Below, piece by piece: positions 53,128 through 64,000 of a DNA stretch of 64,000 nucleotides (the first letter of the stretch is position 1; each line of letters opens with the position of its first letter). Origin of the DNA: Balanoglossus misakiensis. Lineage: Eukaryota; Animalia; Hemichordata. The stretch is taken from NCBI GenBank assembly GCA_040954595.2, contig CM082577.2, forward strand, positions 14,763,903-14,827,902, read 5' to 3'. Both the position numbers and the translations under genes were made by a program. The notes beneath the pieces are model-generated. The model ran no database searches. It saw only the letters and a list, made by a program, of their open reading frames with translations, and had not been told where the DNA came from.

Positions 53128-53614
53128 AACTGATGTGGCATTAACACCAGAGGACGTGTACTGATCTGAGTGAATCAGATCCCGTGAGGAGTACGGTGCC
53201 CAGAGTACACGTATCCAGAGAAATGCCAATAGTTTTGCTACATCTTCGCCCGCCATGTTGCATGGTCAACCTTACTCTCCGGACAATAGGGGACTGCATG
53301 TAGTCCAGCGAGCACGTGCGAGCGTAGCTCTGGACTTATGCGCTGTTTGGGTCTACGCTGCTCTCCGTCCCCACGGAGCAACAGCGCATAAGTCCAGAGC
53401 TAGTGCGAGCGGAAAGTGGAGTCGCTACCGTCGATGAGGCGAATTCAGACATAGCGCCAAGTAGTGTCTGTCATGACTATCACACCAAAACCGTCCTTTA
53501 CGGTAAATATAAGAAAAAATCAGGCTAAGTCGACGAGGTCTGTACACGACGTGTCTTCATTCGCGAGACGCCATTTGTATCTGATCGATTTTGCATACTG
53601 GGCAGGAAGCCACG
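53128..53614. repeat. Unclassified interspersed repeat, copy 2
   Basis: Matches 46975-47375. Confidence 0.8.
53325..53402. mobile_element. 78-bp MITE with 23-bp TIRs and 9-bp TSD (AcademH-like TAG termini; MULE is an alternative)
   Basis: TAGCTCTGGACTTATGCGCTGTT / AACAGCGCATAAGTCCAGAGCTA; GTGCGAGCG on both sides; empty site at ~47160. Confidence 0.85.
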
Positions 53615-53709
53615 CCTTACAGCCTCGTTCGCGGATGACCTGTTTCATTCAACATTGTAGTGATGCATATGCATATGATGTGGCGTGCATTTAGGCCACT
53701 GTCGGATAA

Positions 53710-54697
53710 GGGATAGTTCAAAAAATACTTCCAGTGGAGGGGTGGAGGATTTCCAGGGGGCATACATTTTTGCATTAAAAATGTTAAGCCTCAATGCGAT
53801 ATGTCCTCGTGAATGTGAAGGATTTTTTTCACTGGCACTACCTACAAAACTTTATTTCACTCTCCCTGTTAGAATTCCTATAATACCCACAGCAAAATGC
53901 AGATTGAGCAAAAGTAATCAAAAACTACATAATAGAAATAAGAAATTCAATTGTTTGTTGTTTATATTATACTCTGAAAAAGTTGCTGCTCTTGGTGTCT
54001 CAATTATACTTCGGTGCAGTCGACGATGTGTCTGCAGATATTTAGAGTTTTAAATTTGATGGGCAAATGTTGAACTGGTATTTCTTTCGGGGATTATTTA
54101 TGAGAAATTTAAAATTCTTTGGATTGTGTTTATTATTTTGCTCACAGAAAGGACATACCGAAACGAACAACACTTCCCAGTCGTAATTTCATATTATACC
54201 CAGGATTCGGAGTGGTCCTAAAATATGCCAATAAGTTATTTTGGATGATTTGTCCTTTAACATAGCTGTCAATTGCGATTTGGCAACCCTGCGGAAACCT
54301 TTTACATTCTTATTTTACATCTAGCGCAGTTGGTTGTTGATATGTCGTTTATCCAGATCTTGACACGTCTGTTGTGTGACATCCTGCGTCCACCTTTACG
54401 ACGACCACCAACCATATACAACCTGCTTTTTTTTCTCAAACGATGATGGTATTGGCCGAGGTAATGGCGTAGATGTTTGGACATCATTACAAGAACGTCC
54501 TCGCCATATCTGGATGTTAACTGGAGAAACCATTCAATCGATGGAAGCTATTTTACACGACCTGGAACCGAATTTACATCGTCATCCTGCCATGGATTCA
54601 AGAAATCATTTTCTTCTCACTTTTATTTGGCTACGGCATTTATTCTACTCTAGACTTACTGGCAGAATGGTGTGTGGTAAGCAACATGACTGTTCAT
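53710..54697 (+). mobile_element. Harbinger/ISL2EU-like element 5' part with transposase N-terminal fragment
   Basis: TAA|GGGATAGTTCAAAAAATAC candidate terminus; WMLTGET...RNHFLLTFIWLRH/YSTLDLLAEWCVVSNMTV HTH-like motif. Confidence 0.5.
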
Positions 54698-55152
54698 AGT
54701 GAACACCTATTGCCTGGCCATGAGGGCCATAGCAGCCGTTTATTACCCACGAGGGGCTGTGAGTTACCAGAATCATATGCTATTTCCCGAGGCCGTAGGC
54801 CGAGGGAAATAGCATATGATTCTGGTAACTCACAGCCACGAGGGGGTAAAAACGGCTGCTATGGCCCGAATATAGGCCAAGCTATAGGTGTTTTATAATA
54901 AACCTCATGCTAACAGTTTGGAAAATCATGCAATTTTCTCTTGAGGTTGGCAGACGACATCTTCAGCAGTGGCCATTGTGTCAGACGACGCGACGCTGAT
55001 TGACGTGACCGAGTCTGCGCACTCACGCTGGTCACGTGACCGGTTTATATTTTTTCTGCTATTTCCCTAGAGGGATTCATAGTCGATCTATTTTCCTATC
55101 ACGTGACGGATTCTGGCGAATCACGACACAGTATTAGCATGAGGTATATTAT
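54697..55152 (+). mobile_element. Hairpin-ended non-autonomous element, family 3 (Crypton-like)
   Basis: ~190-bp hairpin at 54702-54892; IR pair TTATAATAAACCTCATGCTAA / TTAGCATGAGGTATATTATAA. It interrupts the Harbinger-like frame (TVH|KEIYNIL). Confidence 0.65.
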
Positions 55153-55409
55153 AAAGAAATTTATAATATACTACAGCGGCAGTTGGACCATCCTGATGTC
55201 ATAGCCCTGGGCAATATTGGATTGGGCCGAAGGTAAATATCAAACGTTTGTAATTTGTTGACCATATGAAGCCTTTGAGGTATAACATTAATTTTTGACA
55301 GAATGGGCAAATAAAGTTGAGAGTTCTCACAAGTTCATCATAAATCCACATTTTCAAAATTTGGTTAATCATATAGAAAACAGAGAATATGGTGTCACAA
55401 TCAGTGCCA

Positions 55410-55540
55410 TGTGTATTAAAGTGTACTAAGTGAAAGAATATTTGCTGTGTATTAAAGTGTTACAGTACTAAGTGAAAGAATATTTGCTGTGTATTAAAGT
55501 GTTACAGTACTAAGTGAAAGAAAATTTGCTGAATTAAAGT
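55410..55540. repeat. Short tandem repeat, about 3 copies of a ~42-bp unit
   Basis: TGTGTATTAAAGTGTTACAGTACTAAGTGAAAGAATATTTGC. Confidence 0.85.
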
Positions 55541-55620
55541 TTATTTGTCTTCATAAATATTCTGCTTTTGTGAGATCAGTATTTTTCCAATTATAAAGCT
55601 TTTATTGAGTGATACCTACT

Positions 55621-58350
55621 GAAAATCTGCTTTCAACAGCATTGAAACACCTTCCCAGAACACTCTGTACAGTGTTGCAGGTGGACACTCTTTCGTGGGG
55701 AAGTGAGCCACTAGGTATCGAAAGCCACCATCTCCAATAAACACGAACTGCAGTACATGGGTAGCTGTTTCCACTTTGGATTCCCCTATTAAGCACGATA
55801 AAGTTTCATTGTCAATTATATGTGGTAATTGGAAAAGCAACAAATGGTAGCTGTTACAAACATTGACAAATCGTGATAGCCATGATTACAAATATTTACC
55901 TTTGATCATTATGTCCATGTCCATGAAGGATTCCCCTAAGGAAACAAAGCCAACTAGTTTTGATTTTCCATTACTTTTTACCATCTGTAAGTCCTCCTGT
56001 AACATGAAAAGATAATAGTGCAAATAGGTCTCAAACGTCATGATGTTGTTGTTGATGACCCTAAACTAAAAGTCACTTGCCAACAATAATAATGCTGGAT
56101 GTTAAAACAATTCCAGCATGCTTTAGGGAGTGGAAAATAAACTGTAATTGATACATAGAACAAAAATACTGAAAATAATAGCTAAAAGTTACAAACTAAT
56201 GTCCCTTAAATATGCCATTGTCTTTACATTTTTCAAAGTGCCATCACATTCTGCATGGCCCCTCACTAACTAATCTGAAATTAGTTCCTCAGGTGCAGTC
56301 TGCAAAAAGGCTTTTATGTTGGTACAGGTTGCATACATGTATCTCAGCTTTCACCACTTTTGTACATACCTGAATTGCCATTTCGTCAAAGCAAAGCCCT
56401 CCCCACCGATCAATATCCTTCAAACCAGCCTTATTGGCAGCTTCAAGTAAACCTTTGATAGACTCGTAATTCCAGCCTGTCAGTGTCAATTTAAAAAGAA
56501 TACTTACATGTAACAAATTTTATCAGACATGATAATGTTTAATGCATGTTTGTATAACAAAGGAATGGCTCAGTAACTGATATCAGCCTATGTACTTAAT
56601 TGAACTTTTTGCAGTTAAAAACATTCATGACATTAGATAAGTTATGTCCATGGTCCCAGACACTTTATTATAAATCCAGATAGTCAAGCAAGATATAGAG
56701 TATTTAAATTCTTACCTGGCTCTTGTGGGTTCTTATTTTTTCCTGTTAAGTCAGTGTTCTCTTGCTTGGTAAAATAAGGACCTTTGCCAGTTCATCATCT
56801 GCATGTGGACTTCGTGCATAGATACTCAGACATAAACGGATAATTCTGTTTGGTGAAGAATAGAAGACTTCTCAATTTTTCAAATTACATGTTGATCAAA
56901 GACATTATTTGTTGTTATCTATATGTGAACGGTAAATATGGTGACCAGTACATGTTTATGTTTGTAATTGCATTATTGTTCAAACAACACATTCGTATCA
57001 AATCCAGCAAAATGAAAGGTTTCGGAATGAATTTATTTGATTTTTTTACATGTAAATCTGTAGTGCATGTGTTATAACAATGGTTGTTACAAGTGCTTTG
57101 TTCACAAGTAGAATACTGTGCATTTTAGGACATAATGTGGGTAAGAACTAGAAAGTACATACAACAACAAAACTGAAAAATGTCAAGTAACATATAATGT
57201 CCCATGGGGGTGACATCATACATGTACCTAATTTTTAATACATGGATGTTAGAGTTTTAATTCTATCCTATTGTTATCAATTGATATATACTCACCGGGG
57301 ATGCCATCTGTGACCTTTTCCACATTTTTGTTGTAGACACCTTCTTTGTTGTTCAAACAGAATCTTCATGTCATTTCCAAGTTGCTTTTCATCAATTAGT
57401 TTAAACATTTCTTCAAAATCATTATAGTCGTTGCTATGAAATTCTTATAATTCTTTTTCAAACTTTTGAGGCAGGAATTTTTCTCTGGCTTCAGCATTTT
57501 TCCTTTTGATATTTTCTCCTTTCACTGACTTGATTAACTCCTCTCCCTTCATTGTTTTGAAACTTCTGCGCCTGTTGACATCACAAGTAGTACACGCCTT
57601 GCGTTTCTTTTTTAAAGTCAGTACTTTCTTTAACTTTTCACACTGTGAACACCAGTTATGTCTGACTGTCACCCTTCTACAAAAGAGTTCACAATGTTGG
57701 CTTCTCAGTTTCAGTGTTTCTTCTCCTGAAGCCTTCCATACCTCACTAGTGCAATTTGCAGTCACTTCTGTTGACTCAATTCCAGGACAAAACTGTTCAA
57801 TGGAGATGAGGTTCATCAATGTATTCATCTGACAGAAAGTGGGACCACCATTTGCCAAAAATTCTGTTGGCAAAATATCCAACTCTTCAAGATCTACAGT
57901 ACGAGTTCCATACTTCATTACCACAGAGAGATTATCATCCAATTTTCTGAGATGAACTTCAGTCAGAATGCGACATCCATTTATTGTATCGTTTGTATTG
58001 GATATTTTTATCCATACCAAACTGTGATCATGTGGTAAACTGAATGTCCATCCTGCAGGGCAGTATGACTTTAATTGATCCCATGACATCACTTGCTTGT
58101 CAGACGAAGCATCAGTGTTTACTGGGCACAAATTTACATATACTGTTTCCTTTGAATCACCTGGAAACCGAATGGGTGTTCTCTTCATAGTAATTTTCTC
58201 ACCCCATACATATTGTATATAAGTTCCAACCATCAGAGGACTTTCAGAGATACATTGATTTCCTTGAATGCCTTCTAATTTACTAATTATCTCGCTCAGT
58301 TTCACACTGGAACCGGGTACAATATGGTAGTTGTTCAGTAACCTGCACAA
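55621..58350 (-). pseudogene. P-element/THAP9-like transposase, multi-exon, degenerate and 3'-truncated
   Basis: Exons in order: CPG..RSQHC..CSQC; GHRWHP; IIRLCLSIYARSP...LILPSKRTL; WGGLCFDEMAIQ; EDLQ...LVGFVSLG; ATHVLQFVFIGDGGFRYLVAHFPT. Confidence 0.75.
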
Positions 58351-58447
58351 TGGAAAACAAATTATTACATCAGCAAAAAGTAGAACTACTTTATTTCTTC
58401 ATATAAAACGAAACACCCATCAGGGAAAAGTGAGGAGGTAGTTTTAA

Positions 58448-58957
58448 AGGCACGTAAGCTGCAACTTTGGGGATAATTTTCATAATTTTTGTTTCAAACT
58501 GTACTACCATTAGTCTATGCAGATGAAGGCAGTGAACCAAACACAAGCGTTATAAACCCTAAATATGAGTGCATATGCAAGTTCTAAGCAGATAAATAAT
58601 AAAGCTTTGCCGCAAGCGATTATGGCCGCCACTGTGGGAAAATGAAAGAAACAATGAAAATGTCGCATTTCCGGTTGTGAAACTTCATAAACAAAACATG
58701 ATCTCATACACTTGAGCTCATGGAAGTAAATGTACACCACTGAGACATCAGATTTTCATTTTTCATTGCAATATTGCACTTTTTTAAAAATTTCAGGAAT
58801 TTTCGTTTTTCTTTAATTTTTGGCCATTTTGTCATAAATAAGACTTAGTGTTGAGCTTGATATATTATCATGAAATAGCATTTAATAGATATAATTAAAA
58901 GCATATATGAGATTATTTAAAACATTGATTTTTTATCCAGTTGCAGCTTACGTGCCT
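58448..58957. mobile_element. Non-autonomous Kolobok-like element with TTAA TSD
   Basis: TTAA|AGGCACGTAAGCTGCAACT...AGTTGCAGCTTACGTGCCT|TTAA (19-bp perfect TIR, AGG terminus). Confidence 0.85.
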
Positions 58958-59830
58958 TTAACTTCCATATACCCGCTCTACAGAACAACGAAAATGCAGC
59001 TAAGAAAACATCGTCTATGCATGGGGATGATGGACGTAGACTCGGAGATTACGTCCTTTGTTATGACGATCAACCCACTCCGTAAAGTTCACCGCAAAGA
59101 GACGGAGTAGAGCGAGCCTAAATATGGTGCCAAAAATACTGCATGGGACGAGTCTGTCAGGGATTGTTGCCAGAGATGACGTAATTCTGAGCCGACGAAT
59201 TTGATACACGCTAGACGATTGGTTGATTTCAAATTTTGAATCACGGGCAGACGAGCAGGAGGTTTCACTAAGAGATTGTTGCAAGCAATGGCAAAATACA
59301 TCGCGAAAACTGTGGATTTTCCAGCTTTATCTACGATATGAGGTACAGTACGGATCAGGATTGTCGAGTATGACTACTGTAAGTTGGCCCATGTCGAAAT
59401 TTAGCGATTCCAATGTTGACTTGGTGTTTTTTTGGCGAGTGAAAATCAGTTGGGTATGAAACAAGTTGCATCCCTTGTGTGTATATAAGGAGAGTATATA
59501 GGTCGGCCAGTGCAGTACGTGTTACTGTTTAACAGGGGTCAGCCAGTGTTAGGGAGAAGACAGAATGCATAGGTATGTTGGACTTTAACACATGATATAT
59601 AACAAGAACTACTACAATAATAATAATAGAAATAATAATAATAATAATCATTTTTCATTTTTTTATTATTAATAATAATAATAATTTAATATTTCCCAAT
59701 TTTAACACAAAATAGATCACAATTACAATACTACTATTTTTCATAATAATAATAATTATTATTAAAAAAAATTCCATTTTTTATTCATAATAATCATAAT
59801 AAAACTATGTTTTTATTCATTTTACCACAA

Positions 59831-59852
59831 CTATGAGCCTGAGTTCCCTGTG
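59831..59852 (-). mobile_element. Probable 5' terminus of the P-like element
   Basis: The reverse complement CACAGGGAACT matches the termini of 19291-20474, and it lies upstream of the P-like transposase. Confidence 0.6.
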
Positions 59853-61510
59853 ATCAGCCCAGGCTCCAGGTTGTCGTCTGAGCAATTCTACCCCCAATGT
59901 TACAAGGTGCTCACGGCTTTGTCTCTGCACAAAGTCATGTAAGAGAGAAATAAAGATATTTTAAAACAGTCTTAAATAATGTATGTTGATAATCAAAGTA
60001 CAGTTTGGCAAGCAAAAGTAGTGTACCATCATCTATCTTTCATTTTCCTCCTCTGATTGTAAAGATTCAATAATCACCCAGGATCTTTTCCTTGAACTGG
60101 TAGCATCAGACCTCTCAACTTATTCTTCAGATGTTGAATCCTGTAACAATATTATTTTAATGATAATGAGAATGTCCTCATCGTATTGATAAATCATTCT
60201 TCACAATTTTCAACAATTTCAATGACAGTCCCAATGCAGTATTCTGATTTGAATTTCACCCAAACAAAATAACATGCCCAATCAATGTTATAACCCCCCC
60301 CCCCCCCTCCCAGTCCTTGGGTAAATTCAACTGCTTCGATGGGCAGCATATTCTGAGTTTACATGCCATCAAGAGCAGACAGAGCGTGTGCTATGAAGTT
60401 CACGTGTATCTTTTCTGAGACATTTCGGAAATATGAGGCAAACAGACATGTTTTCCGCGGGTGCAGGCAGTGTTGCAGAACTAGTCCAGCGATTTACATG
60501 TGCATGCTCCCCATCCTTTGCTGCTAGCACACATACCCCGACAGTTGCACGATCTAGGATTGGAGCCTTCTGTGGGGTATTGCACCAGACATTGCAGGGA
60601 AGATCCTAACTCAAGCGAAAGAGTACTACAATTGCATCAGGGAACAAATGCTTAGAATTCCACTGTGTAGGGTATGTTCTTCATATATGTATCAATTTAA
60701 TTTTTATCTATCTTCATTTCAGATAAAAAAGAAGAAGTCATAATTAATGTGTTATGCTTAATTTCTCTCATACGTTTCGATTCCTGTTTTGCACATCTCC
60801 CTGGGTGTATTTCAGAGGCTCTTTCGACTCCTTCAGAGCTCTTGTCACTTACTTGATGTTGAAATCTTCATTCGTTCAGTGGAGGGAGAGGAAATAGATG
60901 AGCCAGTGATGAAATCTGCTCACAGTTTTAAAGTATGGTATCATCACCATTAAATACGCAATTCTGATTAATCAGTAAGGGGCCTTTGTTATACCACCGC
61001 TTTAAACAACAGCACTTCATTTTAAACAATTTTACAAAGGACTAAAATATTGCTAAATATTAAAGGAACATTTTGCCTCTTTACCAACTCATTTAACATT
61101 AAACAAGTTATCTTTTTCTGAGGGAAAACAATGATGATAGTACGCCAACATCCTCAAAGTTGACATCAGCCTCTACATCATTAAGTCGTCCCTATGTGTA
61201 AAAAAAATTTTGCATAAAGCATAATTTGGTTCACAAGCATATAATTTACTTTTCCATTAATTTTTGAGAATGTAAGTCTTTCCAAACAATGTTAGTTTTA
61301 TGGTGTTCTGATGTATTCTGTTTTGATATTATGATTGGTGGAAAGATAGGCATACTGGTATAAATATGATTGAGTCTTCATATGAGCCTTTGCATGCATA
61401 TTATTCTCAGAATTCCCAATTGTTTGATTATTTCATGTCAATTACTGTTTTCGGGGAATGACAGAATTTGTGCCAGGGAAAGGTGTGTATGGACCATGTT
61501 TATTATTCAG

Positions 61511-61658
61511 CAGCCTATTGTCAGAATGCCATCAAGACCCCAAGAAGCTATTTCATAAGTTGATCGACCATTTTTTCTCGATGGACGTCCTAGCTGTGTC
61601 AACAGCATGTGGTACCAGGAAATCTGGTCCCGGATATCAGCCATTGGACCTGTCAAAA
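61511..61658 (+). pseudogene. BEN-domain-like exon
   Basis: PKKLFHKLIDHFFSMDVLAVSTACGTR...LDLSK between AG and GT. Confidence 0.5.
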
Positions 61659-63356
61659 GTAAGTAGATTATTCAAATGAAAGAAACTAGTACCGTCTGTT
61701 AACCTACATGTTGTTTTTTCCCTTTACAATGATGAATCAGTAATTCCATGAGAGGTTAAGTGACATCGATGAGAGTTTCGTGCTAAAACATGTATGACGA
61801 TAGTGATGGTACACAAACCACTCTTAATTATTAACAATAACTAAGTACCAGGAAATTAATATCTGTACAAATACAATACTGGACAAACAAATACTGGAAC
61901 AAATGGTTTGCCAGCAAACAACGATAGAGCCCACCCGTCACTGGAAACAAATGTGCACTGTAACTGTAGATAGTATGCATTGTACTGAGTGTCGCTTTAT
62001 GCAGCATGTACACCTTTCCCCGGTATACTCTACAAATCAGTACAGTCCTACTGATGGATTTGGATACTGCAACTGTTGATGTGAGTAGCATAGACTGCAA
62101 TGATACACTTTATATATGTAGCAATTCAGTTTGCAATTTCAATATCATAACGTCGCTATTTTCAAAAATTATCAAAATTATAATAATTTATTTTAATTTA
62201 GCCTTAGGAGGGCGGGACTGGTTTGACAGAGTGAAAGAAATCATATTTCCACAACCAATACTTGCCTATTGACATCATATTTAGAATCAGCATCTCACAA
62301 AACCCCCAAAACTTATGTTGCACGGACAGTTTTCATAAAGCTTACCCTTGGTTGCTATGGTGGCTGTGTTGCCATGGTAATCACTGTTTCAATATCAAAA
62401 TGGTTTAATATCATAATTTTTTGCCCAAAGTTACCTCAAGTGTCCCAAAATACCAGTTAACATTCTCTTTTTGTTTAAATAACTCTTCCGTTGCTATGGA
62501 AATAATGTTGCTGTCAGTTGCCATGGAAACACACATTTACAGTGATTATGTGCAAAAACTAACATTATATTTGAAATCAGCACTCAAAATTACCATCTGG
62601 GGGGACAAATTTTCCATTTTCTTACATTACTGAATGAAATATAATTCAACTTCCTGTTTGTGGTATGGACTTAAAAAATATACAATATTTTACCTTTACA
62701 TGTACATCAATTTTTACAATGGGTAATTTTTAGGCTTTCTGCAGATTTTGAGGTCCAATTTCACAATATTTCCAATAATACTTGCCTTTTGTACTGTTAA
62801 ATATGAAGACTTGTTTCAGTTTTGAAGAAAAATCACTTTAAAATATCAAAATATAATTCAAATTCAATTTTATTCATTTTCAAAATCTTGAAATTGTTCA
62901 AAATGGCAATTTTCACCGATTTTGTACGGAAAATATGCCGAAAATGGGAAACTTTTAAAAGCCATAACTTTTGAACACTTTGTCCGATGTCAAAATTCAA
63001 ACTGCATTTTGTTTCTTGTACAAATCTCTACAAAACTGACAGAAAATATGTGTTATACTTCTTTCCCTTCTTTTTCCTGTGACCCCCCTAATAATTCTTT
63101 ATTTAATTATTATTATATGCATTGTTGTATGCCAGCCGGCAGTGACATGGTAAAGAATTTGAACAATCAAAAGTAACCTTACGAGAGCGCTACGCAGTCT
63201 TGGAAGGCTGTTCCTGATTGGTTAGAATTTTGACAGCTCAATCTGCATGCTATCAACAACTGCGTTCAGTTTGTTTCACCTGTTATTGTATCCTTAACAC
63301 CTCCTTACAATAATTTACATTTGTCTATTTAGCATATCGCTCACAGTATTTGCATA

Positions 63357-63760
63357 ACAATAAAACTCTTCTCGCGGATGTTCAGTTCGTTTATCGTTCT
63401 CATTACCCTACACACGCTCCTATTCTCTCTCTCCGCCATTTATATATTCACTAGCCCTAGATAGATTTTTTCTCGATTTTTTTTCTTAGTTTAGGATAAT
63501 TTATTATATTACTTAGTTTAGATTATTAGTTATAGTTAGGTATAGTATTAGTTTCTGTTAGTATTTAGTTGAATTATTAGTTTCTGGTAGTATTTAGTTA
63601 TAGTATTTAGTTATAGTATCACTATTAGTTTTTGTTAGTAATTATTTATAGTGTTAGTTCTTGTTAGTATTTAGTTAGAGTGTTAGTTCTTGTTAGTGTT
63701 TAGTTAGAGTGTTAGTTCTTAGAGTGTTCGTTCTTGTTGGTGTTTAGTTTAGCATTAGTT
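63357..63760 (+). repeat. Interspersed repeat with TTAG-rich tract, copy 2
   Basis: Matches 28276-28553 and extends further. Confidence 0.7.
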
Positions 63761-64000
63761 TTCCTCGCCTTTGCAGACCCTGTGCCGAAGGAATGAAGTA
63801 AGTATAACTTTTATTGTTAATGATTTCTCGTTGTGTTAGCGTGCAACTGTCCTTAGGTTGCCGCCATTGTTCCGGCCTTTATCATGTGTTTCCGTTCGCG
63901 TTATATGGCCAACATTCGTCTTGTACCAAGAGAAACCATAAACAAGAAAGTTGTATAGAAAGAATGGCAGGGATTTTGTCGCGACAATTTACTATGTTTT

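Noticed and set aside
62199-63100. Another TAG-terminus (Academ-like) element with CCATGG(C/A/T)AA-type motifs
   Set aside because: Only one candidate end was seen, with no partner TIR or TSD.

Overview
AT-rich animal (probably marine invertebrate) genomic DNA with GT-AG introns. It consists almost entirely of nested, mostly decayed transposable elements, and I found no convincing host gene. Main contents: (1) a Zator-type transposase gene interrupted by an apparently intact, spliced hAT element with a 5-bp TSD; (2) Academ-like long-TIR elements; (3) an IS3EU-like fragment with a 21-bp tandem array; (4) a rearranged and tandemly duplicated block (15-22 kb) of hairpin-ended Crypton-like elements hit twice by a P-type TIR element; (5) a Penelope GIY-YIG fragment followed by a minimal hammerhead ribozyme; (6) Ulp1, SWIM, OB-fold and BEN domain fragments; (7) a baculovirus-F/errantivirus-like env gene with PPT and LTR start; (8) a pogo/Tigger element, two piggyBacs, and Sola1-, Zator-, Kolobok- and AcademH-like non-autonomous elements; (9) Harbinger-like and P-like transposase remnants. 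The most intriguing signals are a strand-specific CGAG/CGAG motif shared by the hairpins of three unrelated element families, the two-TM env gene, and a P-element TSD split across an inversion. All family assignments come from motif and terminus/TSD recognition by eye; no database searches were run.
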